A DNA stretch of 64,000 bases from Octopus vulgaris (GCA_951406725.2 OX597837.1:9176001-9240000), one strand, 5' to 3'; counted from the first letter of the stretch, positions 26,002 through 39,353 are shown. The notes: a model not told the origin generated them from the letters alone. Translations and numbers: made by a program.

Positions 26002-27693
26002 ACGAGTTGCGGGAATGCGTGCTTCACAAACGGCGACCACACCTGTTCACCGTCGTCTACATAGAGCCGGAGATGTCGCAGTCTCAGCGCGTGTCTGCGC
26101 ATCATCAACCACGGCATGCCCAGCCCTCCTTTTAACGGGTGTTGACAGCAAATGGATCGCCTGACCATCGGGACGCATCCTTTCCACAAGAAGCGGAAGA
26201 GGATGCGTTCTAGTTTGGTGATGGTAGGGTCGGGACAAGGTACGACGGTCAGGCGGTAGTCGCGTCCATCATCTACTACCGCCTGACCGTCGTACCTTGT
26301 TCCGACCCTACCATCACCAAACTAGAACGCATCCTCTTCCGCTTCTTGTGGAAAGGATGCGTCCCGATGGTCAGGCGATCCATTTGCTGTCAACACCCGT
26401 TAAAAGGAGGGCTGGGCATGCCGTGGTTGATGATGCGCAGACACGCGCGGAGACTGCGACATCTCCGGCTCTATGTAGACGACGGTGAACAGGTGTGGTC
26501 GCCGTTTGTGAAGCACGCATTCCCGCAACTCGTCTCCATGACCGAACTACAGTCGTGGATCAAAAAGAGGCCGAGGAAGGGCGATTGGCACCGCGAGTGT
26601 CGCGTTGCTCTCAAGCAACTCTGCCGTCCCGGGTCGACCTTGAGTGACTTCAACACAACCAAAGCATTCTATAGGGGATTAGTGGAGGGGAGGTACGACG
26701 ACGAGCTCGGGGCAAACCTGGGCGTCGACGAGGAATACCTGACCCGCCTGTTTCAAACGACTTTCGGCCCGGGACCTATGGACAACTTCCAGAGATCCCT
26801 GGCCTGGCGGTGCTACCGAGAAGCGCTACCCGTTCGGGATAAGCTCTATAGGCATGGCTCGAGAAACACGGGGCCGACCTGCCCGAGATGCGGGCAGAGC
26901 GACGAAACCGCTCTGCACGCAATCGTGCAGTGTCCAACAATTTCCGACCTGTGGGCTTATGTCGAACGACTGCTGTCACGTGTAGGACGTGTCGGTTTAT
27001 CAGCCGAGTCTATCGTTAATATCGTCACGCCTCCTTCTTTCAAACGTGAAGGAAGAGCTATTTTTATCATACTTGTGGCTATGGCGAAAGAATGTATCTG
27101 GTGGACGCGCCTGAAAGGATTAGAGACAAACACTTTCCTCTCTGGTCAATCTCTCATCAACTTCTTCAAGTATCACTTGAAGAGGAAAGTGAGAGTAGAG
27201 AGGCAAGTTTTGTCTAGTGAATGTTTTAAAAAAAGATGGGTGAATGTAGCAAGGATGGCACGTATGAATGACGAAGCCACCTTGACTATGATTCTATGAA
27301 CCCTAAAAATTAACACAGAGAGTTGCTTATTTGCAAAAAAAAAAAAAAAAAAAAAGAAATATAACATGTGACTTCATTGACCGAGGTTACCGTGGTCTTT
27401 TCCGTAGGCTTTTCTTTCCACGGGTAAACCTCACCTGTCCTCCCCTTTACACTTCATATTGACATTTCTGTGATAACGATCCCTATTATTCATTTTTTTC
27501 TCTCCCCCCCTTTTTTTAACCCCTCCCCCTTTTTTTAACCCCTCTCCCTTTTTTTTTGTCCTTTTTCTTTCCTTTTACGATCCCTTTTGATCGAAAACCA
27601 CCACTCTCCTTTTTTTTTTTTACCCCCAAAAGAAAAGCTCTACCTTGTAATTTGTTCTATCTGTGTGCAGCCCTGTGTGGCTAATAAAGAAAC
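26002..27693 (+). mobile_element. 5'-truncated L1/Tx1-clade non-LTR retrotransposon with 259-bp fold-back inverted duplication, in a (TCTA)n tract
   Basis: GC-rich ORF2 C-terminus, pyrimidine-rich 3' UTR, AATAAA just before the 3' junction, TCTA repeats on both flanks. 26002-26260 is the reverse complement of 26275-26533. Confidence 0.92.
26262..27299 (+). CDS. Uninterrupted C-terminal part of Tx1/L1 ORF2 (post-RT region and CCHC zinc knuckle); truncated, no true start
   Basis: ASIIYYRLTVVPCSDPTITKLERILFRFLWKGCVPMVRRSICCQHPLKGGLGMP (F.W.G...GGLG motif), ALPVRDKL, and CPRCGQSDETALHAIVQC (zf-RVT-type CX2CX8HX4C). Confidence 0.9.
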   Translation, partial: ASIIYYRLTVVPCSDPTITKLERILFRFLWKGCVPMVRRSICCQHPLKGGLGMPWLMMRRHARRLRHLRLYVDDGEQVWSPFVKHAFPQLVSMTELQSWIKKRPRKGDWHRECRVALKQLCRPGSTLSDFNTTKAFYRGLVEGRYDDELGANLGVDEEYLTRLFQTTFGPGPMDNFQRSLAWRCYREALPVRDKLYRHGSRNTGPTCPRCGQSDETALHAIVQCPTISDLWAYVERLLSRVGRVGLSAESIVNIVTPPSFKREGRAIFIILVAMAKECIWWTRLKGLETNTFLSGQSLINFFKYHLKRKVRVERQVLSSECFKKRWVNVARMARMNDEATLTMIL

Positions 27694-27727
27694 ATATCTA
27701 TCTGTTTACCAACCTACCTACATCTCA

Positions 27728-27793
<66 letters not shown>

Positions 27794-27821
27794 TTATTTA
27801 TCTATTAATCTATGTATCTCA

Positions 27822-27884
<63 letters not shown>

Positions 27885-28380
27885 ACTATCTAGCTATCTA
27901 GCTAGCTATCTAGCTATCTGTCATCAACGTATCTCACTTTCTATCTGTCTGCCTGTCTACCTACCTACCTACCTACCTACCTACCTACTTACCTACCCAC
28001 CCATCTACCTGTATGTCTGTCTGTCTGTCTATCTGTCTGGCTGGCTGGCTGGCTAGCTGGCTGTCTCTGTGTATGTCAGTCTGTCTATCTAAGAAGTTGC
28101 TTGTCTAGGTGTGTGCCAGGTTGCCTTCTTTTCTAATACGTGAAGTTTAAAATTTTTATGGAGTTATTTTGTCAGTTTTCGCCACCTTTTCCTTTCTTAT
28201 TTCTGATAGACACTTCAAATCGTCTGTTTGTCGATAACTATCCAGCCATAGTAATACAACCGTACTGAGATTCACGCACACACATACACACACTCACATA
28301 CAGACAGAAACACACACATACACGCACACCTGTATGTATGTATGTATGTATGTATATATATACATATGTCTGTATTTGTT

Positions 28381-28413
<33 letters not shown>

Positions 28414-28422
28414 CTGTATTTG

Positions 28423-28460
<38 letters not shown>

Positions 28461-29024
28461 TACACACATACATATACATATGTACATATATATGTGTCTA
28501 GTGTGTGTGTATGTGTATGTATATATACGTTTGCATACACGCACAAACATACACACACTGACACACACATATATCAATATACGTAACAGTCTAAATCTAT
28601 AGACAGGCAAACAACTGGTACCAGGTCAGATTTTGACATTTATATAGTTATATTGTGATGCAACTCGAGCTTAAAAACGAATGTTACAATAGTTTAGCTT
28701 GCAAGCGATCGATACTTGATCAGTTCGAGGAATGCTCATAATGGATGTGTGTTGTACACATACACGTATATTTCTTTATGAGTTATTGTATATGAGATTC
28801 AAATAATATTCAATGAAGCGACGACTAAAATTTTGAATTTCGACGTCTTCTGGTAGTCTCGCCTATGTTTCTCTCCTTTTAGATATCATCAATACCTGAG
28901 AGATTAGCAGAAAGAAATACGTGCAAATGAACTGAGTGCAGGCTATGGTGGTTTTATACCTGTGTTATAGGGGAATTGTTGTGTTACATATTTTACTATG
29001 TTTTACATGTATCTATGTATTTAC

Positions 29025-29428
29025 ACTCTTTTACTCTTTTTACCTGTTTCAGTCATTTGACTTCGGTCATGCTGGAGCACCGCCTTTAGCCGAGCAAATC
29101 GACCCTGGGACTTATTCTTTGTAAGCCCAGTACTTATTCTATCGGTCTTGTTTGCCGAACCACTAAGTAACGGGGACGTAAACACACCAGCATCGGTTGT
29201 CAAGCAATGCTAGGGGGACAAACACAGACACACAAACACACACACACATATATATATATATATACGACAGGCTTCTTTCAGTTTCCGTCTACCAAATCCA
29301 CTCAGAAGGCATTGGTCAGCCCGAGGCTATAGCAGAAGACACTTGCCCAAGATGCCATGCAGTGGGACTGAACCCGGAACCATGTGGTTGGTTAGCAAGC
29401 TACTTACCACACAGCCACTCCTGCGCCT
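29025..29428 (-). mobile_element. S1 SINE, full length
   Basis: Reverse complement of 14760-15198 and 32080-32472 at high identity. Confidence 0.92.
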
Positions 29429-29913
29429 GTAGTATGTGGTTCTTGTGAAAAAAAATGGATTAAGGAATCTAAACGAAAACCTTGCAAGCACTTTGTTGGA
29501 ATGAAACTTACTTAACTAATTTGCATAGAAATCCACAGAAGTAAAAAAAAAATCTTTCAACCACCATTCCGGTTTGTGAAGTCAAAGTTTAGTCACTCAA
29601 TAAATTCAGTTTGACGAACTACCACCAGTCGCGGATTTCGAAGATCTAAAACCATTAATGAACGTTTAAAAAAAAAAGCAAGGAAGTAAAAATTTGTTAG
29701 AAAAAAAAAAGAGGAAAAAGAGACAGTTAAAAGTTTTGAAAGAAAGAAACAAGAACGATACAAAAAGAAAAAATGAGAGAAAGAACGTTTATTTAATTGT
29801 AGAAATTAACTGTTAAATGGTGCTGCTTGAGAGTCGAGATCGATGCAACCACTTCAGTATCATCGATTTCGTTATATACTTTTTCAATTTTTATTCGATT
29901 TATGTTTTTGTCT

Positions 29914-30230
29914 GTTTTTTGTTTTTTGTTTGTTCCTTCTCGAGCCATGCCTGGCTCATAAGGGCCGGTTACCCGGTTTCCTTGGCGTATAGGTTACCCA
30001 CCTGGACGAGACGCCGGTCCATCGCAGGTGAGCTGCAAGATGCTGGAGGAAAGAGTGAGAGAAAGTTGTGGCGAAAGAGTCAGCAGAAGCTTCGCCATTA
30101 CCTTCTGCCGGACCCGCGTGGAGCTTAAGTGTTTCACTCATAAACACACACATCGCCCGGTGTGAGATTCGAACCCACGATCCCTCGACCGCGAGTCCGC
30201 TGCTCTAACCACTAGGCAATGTGCCTCCAC
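29914..30230 (-). mobile_element. S5 SINE with 12-bp TSD
   Basis: TSD ATGTTTTTGTCT at 29902-29913 and 30231-30242. Confidence 0.9.
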
Positions 30231-30575
30231 ATGTTTTTGTCTCCACTGTGATCTTCTGTCTATCCTTGTGTTGCCCTCTCTATGTTAAGGCCTGGGTGTC
30301 AAATAAAGAAAAGGAGATGGGAAATCGCAGGTAGTCGAAAGCTGTTGTTCGTGAGTTCGTGGAGTCGGAGGAAATTCTTGAGAAGCTGTTATACTTCGTT
30401 GAGAGCTGTTTTGGATTGGTTACATAGAGTAAAGCAGGGTATATTGACCAATAACCTACGATACCTGGGAAACAGCGGTAAGACATTAATTACTTCTAAT
30501 TAACCTTATTCTATCTGAATACTCTAAATGACATGAGATACCCGTCCTGCCTTGGTTTTGTTGCTCTTTTTCCTC

Positions 30576-30905
<330 letters not shown>

Positions 30906-31669
30906 TTATATATATATATATACATATATATACGAACGTGGGGCCAACGAAAGAAAGGCACTTAACCAACTTATTGGGAGTTTTATGTTATTGTCCCCAC
31001 TATGATGTTCTGTCTGTCCTTGTATTGACCCCTTTATGTTACGGCCTGGTTGCCAAAGAAAGAAAAGGAGAAGAGAAATCGCAAGAAGTCGAAAGCTGTC
31101 GTTCGTGAGTTCGTGGAGTCGGAGGAAATTCTTGAGAAGCTGTTATACTTCGTTGAGAGCTGTTGTAGATTGGTTACAGTTGTTAGCAGAGTATTTGGGA
31201 ATACTTCAAGCGGAGACAGTCGATATCTACCTCGTTCAGTGGTATTGTATATTACACTGTTATACACGACACTAATGTAACATATGAAGAATCTATATTA
31301 TAATATATTACAAATTTAGTTATATATTCAAATGGAATTTAAAGACAACTTTTATTTAATTTTCTAAAACAACTTTAAATTGATACTCTTTAAGTTTATG
31401 ATATAATGTATTAATGTATCTTCATAGGATTAGCTTACATAATGATATATATGAAAAGCTAATGATATGTCAGCCATCAATTAGAACAAGTAGTCTTTAA
31501 TTTAATATAGACATTTATGCTTAAATAGTTAATTTATATTTTTTAAAGTTGCTTTATTTGATCTATCTCACTTGAGTTTTGAGTATTTATATTTTCATGA
31601 AAATATATTCTGAAGAGGAATTGAATATTCTCCTTAGTAATAACATTTTTCGTGATGCTAACCAGCCTG

Positions 31670-31730
<61 letters not shown>

Positions 31731-31737
31731 CTCTCCC

Positions 31738-31874
<137 letters not shown>

Positions 31875-32025
31875 TCATAGAGTATAACTGGCTGTATTGA
31901 CCCAGAACCTGCGATATCAGGGAGACAGCTGTAAGACATTAGTTACTTCTAATTAACCTTTTTCTAATTGAATACACTAAATGATATGAGATACCTATCC
32001 TGCCTTGGTTTTGTTGTTCTTTTTC

Positions 32026-32079
<54 letters not shown>

Positions 32080-32082
<3 letters not shown>

Positions 32083-32472
32083 TGCAGGAGTGGCTGTGTG
32101 GTAAGTAGCTTGCTAACCAACCACATGGTTCCGGGTTCAGTCCCACTGCGTAGCACCTTGGGCAAGTGTCTTCTGCTATAGCCTCGGGCCGACCAATGCC
32201 TTGTGAGTGGATTTGGTAGACGGAAACTGAAAGAAGCCTGTCGTATATATGTATATATGTGTGAGTTTGTGTGTCTGTCTTTGTCCCTCCAACATCGCTT
32301 GACAACCGATGGTGTTGTGTTTACGTCCCCGTCACCTAGCGGTTCGGCAAAAGAGACCGATAGAATAAGTACTGGGCTTACAAAGAATAAGTCCCGGGGT
32401 CGATTTGCTCGACTGAAGGCGGTGCTCCAGCATGGCCGCAGTCAAATGACTGAAACAAGTAAAAAAAAAAAA
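32080..32472 (+). mobile_element. S1 SINE, full length
   Basis: Same structure as 14760-15198. Confidence 0.92.
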
Positions 32473-32751
32473 ATATATATATATATACGAGCGAGGGAGA
32501 AACGAAAGAAGGGCACTCAACCAATTTATTGGGAGTTACATGTAAGGATCACAATTGTTTGATTCAAATTTGTTGGTACTCCTGTGTTTTAAGCGTGATG
32601 CTATTGGTCAGCCATTTTGAATTTCAAATTCAAAAGGTATATATATATACATATATATATATTCGAAGAGAACCTACAACACTAGACTTTGTAGTTTCAA
32701 CCTAGTGGTAATTTTCAACAGTGTGCCTCCATCGCTTCCATAGAACATCTA

Positions 32752-32812
<61 letters not shown>

Positions 32813-32815
<3 letters not shown>

Positions 32816-33300
32816 TTCTGTTCTCTTAGTTATTTAAAAACCGAATGCTGAGATCATAATGGGGTACCGCCAGAGTTATCAAGGAACATTCTCATGCGAT
32901 TCATTTGTGGTGAGAGAGGGAATTCGATATTGCTGCCCTCATTTCAGGTTAATCTGGAACATTGAACAGCAGGAAATCAAGATATTTCTTGAAGGTATTT
33001 CCTTCTACTCCAAGTAGATCCTATGTAAATCCCTCTTGGTAAGATATTAAAAAGGCGTTGATGTTTGAATCCCAAACTATTACAGTACATGACCATCACG
33101 ATAGAAGGGATAGCTAAGAACTTTGGAACAATTGAGTGACGTCCATTTCGGCATTTGATAAATCTTTTGATCTCAAATTTTTATGCCAATTCTTCCAGGA
33201 CCTTTCATACGTATATCGCTGCACAAGTCTCCCGTCTACTCTCCAGGGAGTAGATTCGTAGCTCCTTCAGGCTTTTCCAGTAACTCAGCTTAGTCTTCTT
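32813..33300 (-). mobile_element. CR1-clade LINE 3' remnant (ORF2 pseudogene)
   Basis: Minus frame LSYWKSLKELRIYSLESRRETCAAIYV*KVLEE...RNGRH...YCNSLGFK.QRLFNILP..., later MRAAISNSL, typical of the CR1 ORF2 C-terminus. Confidence 0.85.
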
Positions 33301-33965
33301 GGTGTATCACCGCTGAGCTTTTAGAGTTCGCATGGAAAATAAAATCAATTTTTGAGAAAATGTTACCTACGAATAGAACTTATATGGAAAACCCAAGATA
33401 CACAACAAAGTATTTTCATGTGGGAGATAAAGTTCATTTCAGAATATATAAGAATGGAAGACAAGGTTGGGAGGACAGTATAGTGACGAAAAGAATAGGC
33501 AGTATGATGTACATAATAAAAGGTGAAATAGGAGATCACAAACGACATTTGAACCAGGTGAAGAGTAGAAAGAGAAGAAATACCGATAGAAGTTTGTTAT
33601 AACTTGTTCAGTGTTCCAACGCCAAAAGAGGTTGAATCTAGGCTGATCAGCAATAGAAAATGTAAACATAGACAACGGCTAGAAATAGTCCCTAGACGAA
33701 AGACATATTGAAACATCTGTGGAAATTACAATCTCAAAAAAGGGAGAGGTGATGATGAAGAAAAAGAAACAATAAAATGAAATAAACTAGTTGCACTTTC
33801 TACAGAAGTCAAGTCTCAAAAGGGGAAATGTTATGGCGAGAATATTGACAACCCTTGTGCGAACGGACTCGCCGAACGCGTATAAGTGGCAACGTGTTTG
33901 ACTGAGTGTGAGAGATAAAAAATCGGAGGAAGTCGAAAGGTGTCGTTCGGGAGTTCGTGGAGTTT
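33301..33965 (+). mobile_element. Ty3/Gypsy remnant: integrase C-terminus, polypurine tract and start of 3' LTR
   Basis: ORF 33360-33602 FHVGDKVHFRIYKNGRQGWEDSIVTKRIGSMMYIIKG...KRHLNQVK, preceded by frameshifted GVSP-AEL...KIKSIFEKMLP. PPT AAAAGGGGAAA at 33818-33828 is followed by TGTTATGG at 33829. Confidence 0.8.
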
Positions 33966-34080
33966 GTTATAAGGTGTTCGATATTCCAACGCCAAAAGAG
34001 ATTAAACCGAGGCGAATCAAAAATAGAAAACGTAAATAAACAGAACGACTAGAAATAGTCCCCAGGCGATAGAATTATTC

Positions 34081-34803
34081 ATTAGGTCGTCAAGTATGAA
34101 ATTTGTAGAAAAGGTAAAAAGTTTGTTAATGTTTTATAAATACAAGGAATTATTTTATTCATCAAAGTATACACCCATACTATCAGTACAATTTTGCCAT
34201 TTTAGCGATAGCTTATCCAGCTCGGAACTGTAAAAGCCTGGCAATATAAAGTCAATAAAATATTGGAAGGCCTGCTTTACAGCGTAGTCAGAATTAAATC
34301 TCTTTCCTATTAAAAAGTTATCCAAATTCTGGAAGAAGTGGTAATCAGTGGGGGCAAGATCAGGTGAGTATGGTGGCTGATGAAGAACTTCCAACTCCAA
34401 CTCCTGTAGTTTTACTAATGTTCTTTTTGCGATGTGTGGTCTGGCGTTGTCTTGCAATATAATAGGAGAGGATCTGTTGACTAATCTATGCTGTTATTTT
34501 TTGTAAGTCCCTGCATTATTTGGTCCAATTGGCTGCTGTATATTTCGGCCGAGATTGATGAGCCAGATTTCATGAAATCATAATGGATCACACCTGCGCC
34601 AGACCACCAAATACACAACATCAGCTTCTTTTGATGAATCTTGCTTTCTGGACTGTATTTTGTTGGCTCGTCTTTGTCCAACCATTGTGCTGAACGTTTA
34701 CGGTTGTTGTACTGGATCCAATTCTCATTACATGTTACAATTCGATTGAAAAATTATTCATTTTTGTGACGAGAAAGTAGCATAATGCAGGCTTCCAAAC
34801 GAG
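34081..34803 (-). mobile_element. Mariner remnant: catalytic DD34D domain pseudogene with 3' TIR
   Basis: FNRIVTCNENWIQYNN...KLMLCIWW...QDNARPH...PPYSPDLAPTDYHFF...GVYFDE*, with a frameshift and a stop. TIR-like ATTAGGTCGTCAAG at 34081. Confidence 0.93.
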
Positions 34804-34901
34804 TAAAAGAATAAAAGCTCACTCACGGACACACACACACACACACATATATATATATGTATATGTGTTGTTTGTATAAAAAGTTCAGTAGTTGCATATA
34901 C

Positions 34902-34932
<31 letters not shown>

Positions 34933-34943
34933 AATTTATACAT

Positions 34944-35006
<63 letters not shown>

Positions 35007-35200
35007 AGGATCAGATCGATATTTCAATACCGATCTTATCAGGTGGCCAGCATGGGAATAAAATCCTTTCAAAGGCAATAAATATTTAAAATTATAAAAG
35101 ATACCACCATATTTAATGTGGTTCTAGATTCAAGTTTTGACTGCTATTTCCAGCGTGGTTGTATCTCTTAGATACCCTAGATTATAATTTAATATATTTA
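35007..35200. mobile_element. Family C short element with inverted terminal segment, in TA-rich repeats
   Basis: 35007-35097 reverse-complements the family's 3' part (compare 41015-41104), while 35108-35200 matches 40940-41030 directly. Confidence 0.65.
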
Positions 35201-35779
35201 TATATGTATACATACAAACATATGTGTGTACGTGTGTGTACATATGTGTGTGTTTGTGCATAAATATCAGAAAATCTGCAAGATGTGACGTATATGCTAT
35301 ACGTGCGAATTATCGCTTGCACAATAAATAATGCATGAGCTACTATAAATCCGAATAATAATTTGTGTATAATTTTGTTGCTTTTGATAAACCATTCCAA
35401 TAGTGAAACGTTTGATAGTTGACTAATACGAAAAGCGAATCGGCAAAGGATTGTATGGTGATAACGAAACGAAATTGCTTCTATCCCTCATTTTGTTATC
35501 AGTGGTGGATTACGAAGCTAAGCGCTTAGTATTTATGCCCCATATTTGCAGTGATAGTAGAGTTAAGCATTGAAGGGATTTACAAAGGAAAATGTGAAGA
35601 ATATCAACAAAAGTTTATTCTTGATGCTGATAATTGGAATATTCAGGTGCCAGAAAGATTTGTTTCGTCACTTGATTAACTAATTATCAATGTGCGTGGT
35701 GCGCTTCTCTGTGTATGTATATGTGCATATGTTCATGCGTAAGCATGAATGTGCGCGTGAATAATTATACATATATTAT

Positions 35780-35853
<74 letters not shown>

Positions 35854-36009
35854 CGTGTGAGTGTACGTGGAGTGGTATACGCTCACATATACTGTCATGA
35901 ATATATATATATATATATGCATATATATATATATATATTCATACATATATCCAACTCTAAGTGTAGGTGTGAGTGTATGTGGAACGGTATACGCTCACAT
36001 ATACTCTCA

Positions 36010-36055
<46 letters not shown>

Positions 36056-36148
36056 CTGTATGAACGCATACGCATATAAAAGCAGATCAATAATTATTTC
36101 GTTTTTTCATTTTCCCACTGCCTATTTATATATTTATATATTTATATA

Positions 36149-36318
36149 TTTTTTTTATCTAGTTTCAGCTCACGAGATGTGGCCATGCTGGGGCTCCGCC
36201 ATTTGGTGTTGCTACATGATTTTCCTTCACGAATGCTTTTTAGCAATTGCCATTTGATGCATGAGAGAGTTCGATGCAGCTGTCCTCATCTGCACCTCCT
36301 ACCGTGAAGTTGGTTCGT
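36149..36318 (-). mobile_element. CR1-clade LINE extreme 3' end
   Basis: Minus frame EPTSR*EVQMRTAASNSLMHQM, then tail GGCGGAGCCCCAGCATGGCCACA...CTGAAACTAGATAAAA, homologous to the S1 SINE tail. Confidence 0.75.
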
Positions 36319-36405
36319 TAATACATGTGCAAATGTTAATATATGTACTAATGTACTATATATGGGTTTGTGTATACTTATCTACTTACATACACACATA
36401 TAAAC

Positions 36406-36437
<32 letters not shown>

Positions 36438-36658
36438 CGTGTAGTCGTGTATTTCTGGAGCTACAGCCGTTATTGATACAACCTCAAAGGTATTGTTTTA
36501 CCTGACAAGGGATATACTAACAATGGTTGTTTGACTACGAGGCACGAGTTGTGCCGCCAAGATTCGTTCATGTGACATGGCTTCGGATGGTCATGTGCCT
36601 GATGTGATCTGCCCATCCCTAAATACATGGTTATGACTATATATAAATATATATGTAT

Positions 36659-36800
36659 CGGTTCGGCAAAAGAGACCGATAGAATAAGTACTGGGCTTAC
36701 AAAAGAATAAGTCCCGGGGTCGAGTTGCTCGATTAAAGGCGGTGCTCCAGCATGGCCGCAGTCAAATGACTGAAACGAGTAAAAGAGTAAAAGTGAGTAA
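36659..36800 (+). mobile_element. S1 SINE 3' part
   Basis: Near identical to 15060-15198. Confidence 0.88.
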
Positions 36801-36875
36801 ATCTATGTATCTATATATCTATCTATCTATATATCTATTTATCAATCTATCTATTTATTTATATATATATATATA

Positions 36876-37268
36876 CTAGCAGTATCGCCCGGCGTTGCTC
36901 GGGTTTGTAAGGGAAATAACTATATAAGCATTTTTAGAGATGTAAAGTATAATAGCCATCTCAATATGGCTAACCACAAAGGGGGTGTTTACTGTAGCTT
37001 TTTACGTTCTGAGATTTAATAATAAATTTTAGAGAGTTACTTCCCTTATATATGCCAAAAATGAATTAAAAATGGGAAAAATTGATGGTAATTTTTTTTA
37101 AAATCGTAGACTCATCGTAGACGCGCGCTAATACCCAGAAGGGCTCGCTATGAATCACGACTATAAGATACCTGGTTTTGGTTAAACTGCACCGCAAAAT
37201 GTGGGAGTAGTTAGGAATCTAAATCTTAGGAGACAGACAGCACACAACCTCACTTTTATATATAAAGA
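36876..37268 (-). mobile_element. Complete non-autonomous Helitron, shorter sister of 2016-2652
   Basis: Minus strand TCTTTATATATAAAAG...CCCGAGCAACGCCGGGCGATACTGCTAG, inserted at A|T. Confidence 0.88.
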
Positions 37269-37868
37269 TTACACCTATGTAACATGAACGTTGATGTTCA
37301 CACTTCTCTATATAAAAGAAGATAAGGATTGTTATGTGATCACAGTACCTGCACAACTGAAATATTCGTTGTCAAAGCAATCTGAAGGTATAAGAAGTTA
37401 GTTAGCAGAATTGTAGGTCAATTGAACAGATTGATTTGCGTTAAATGTTTCGGCTCTTGCTTTCTGAGTTCAAATCTTATTGAATCTAAATTAGTCTTCG
37501 TGATGCTGGGGTCTAGAACAAAAGTATCGGCCGTGTAGCACGTTGGATTCTTCTATTTCCCACTTCGATTTTTCCATCTCTCCTTCTATATTTCTTTTCT
37601 TCCTTCTTCCTTTTTTCTTACTTCTTCCTTTACTGCTTTCTTTCTCTTCTTTCCTTTCTTTCCCTCCTTTTTCTTTCTCTCTTTTTTCTTTTTGTTACGT
37701 TTCAATTTTATTCCTTCCTTCCTCACTCCTTTTCTTTCTTCTTTTTTTCTTTCTTTCTTTTTTTCTTTCTTTCTTCCTATTTTCGTTCTGCCTGTCTGTC
37801 TGTCTACCTACCAATATATCTATCTATCTATCTATCTATCTATCTCTGTCTCTCTCTCTATCTATCTA

Positions 37869-37938
<70 letters not shown>

Positions 37939-38425
37939 GTCTATCTATCTGTCTGTCTTTCAATATATCTATCTATCTGTCTATCTATCTTTCAGTCTGT
38001 CTGTCTGTTCATCTGTCTGTATGTATGTATGTCCATCAATCTATTCTTCTTTTTCTCTCCTGGAGTATACATGTATCCCTCTATATGTTTCTCCATCTCT
38101 GTCTCTTTCGCTTTCTCTCTCTCTCTCTCTCCCACTTTCTTTCTATCCTTATCAACCTAACCGTCTGTCTATCTAATCATCCATCTACTTATCTATCCCA
38201 TAATTTATCTTACTATCTTAATAACCCCACTTCTCAAGAACATATGGATTCTATCATCACTTGGCAAATGTGAGACATGGTCTACAGGCGGAGGTACTTT
38301 TCATAACTCATGAAATTATGTTGGGTGTAATTTAGAAACCAGTACATATCTATGCTGTCCATACACAAGGCAATGACCACTAAGTTATTTACCTTATCTA
38401 GTTTTGGCTTAATTTATACGAATAA

Positions 38426-38762
38426 AAGGGTAAAGACCCCCTTCGGTCATGAATGACCATGGGATTGCACCTAGAAAGTTACCTTCGTAGATACAAGTCC
38501 GGGCAAGGTTGTTTATGGAAGGCCAGCAGTCGCCCATGCATACCAGCCTCCTCTCCACGCCACCAGTGTTATCCAAGGGAAAGATGAAGGTCGATACAGC
38601 TTGGCACCAGTGACGTCGCAACTCATTTCTACAGCTGAGTGAACAGGAGCAACGTGAAATAAAGTGTCTTGCTCAAGAACACAACATGCAGCCTGGTCCG
38701 GGATTCGAACTCGCAACCTCACGATCGTAAGCTCGACGCTCTAACCACTGAGCCATGCGCCT
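38426..38762 (-). mobile_element. SINE family S6 (S3-type head and CORE-like domain with a different tail)
   Basis: A box TGGCTCAGTGG, B box GTTCGAATCCC, GTTCTTGAGCAAGACACTT. Related copies at 59301-59748. Confidence 0.88.
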
Positions 38763-39209
38763 TTTGAGGCGAATAACCTCTACGAATAACCTCTACGAAT
38801 AACCTCTACGATAAATATATTCTACTTTTTTTTACAAAATATCTATGTCCCTTGGCTACAGGAAACGGGTCTCGACAACTCTTCTACTAACGACATCAAT
38901 TTAGGCAAAAACGCCAGAACATGATTTTCCTCTTATCTCCAGACAATAATCCGATGAATTTCCTTAAGGATATGTCGAACTTTGAGAAATTCTTTATTCT
39001 TGAATTAATCACTTCCACCTCTTCTGTGGAACCAGACTTAATTATTATTTTGGATTTGTGACACAACCTCTAGAGGCGGAGATAATGTTGATAAATCATA
39101 GGTAAGATAGTAATTGATACACCTGTAGTTGTCGATGTTTCTCCGCCTCTCTCATTTTATGTGTGTGTGAGAGAGAGAGTGTGTGTATTATATGCATACA
39201 CACACACAA

Positions 39210-39253
<44 letters not shown>

Positions 39254-39353
39254 ACTTACGTGCATATATGCCGGCTATATGAGAATATAAATATATATGT
39301 ATATGTATATATCTATATATCTATCTATCTAATTATCAATCTCTCTATTTATT

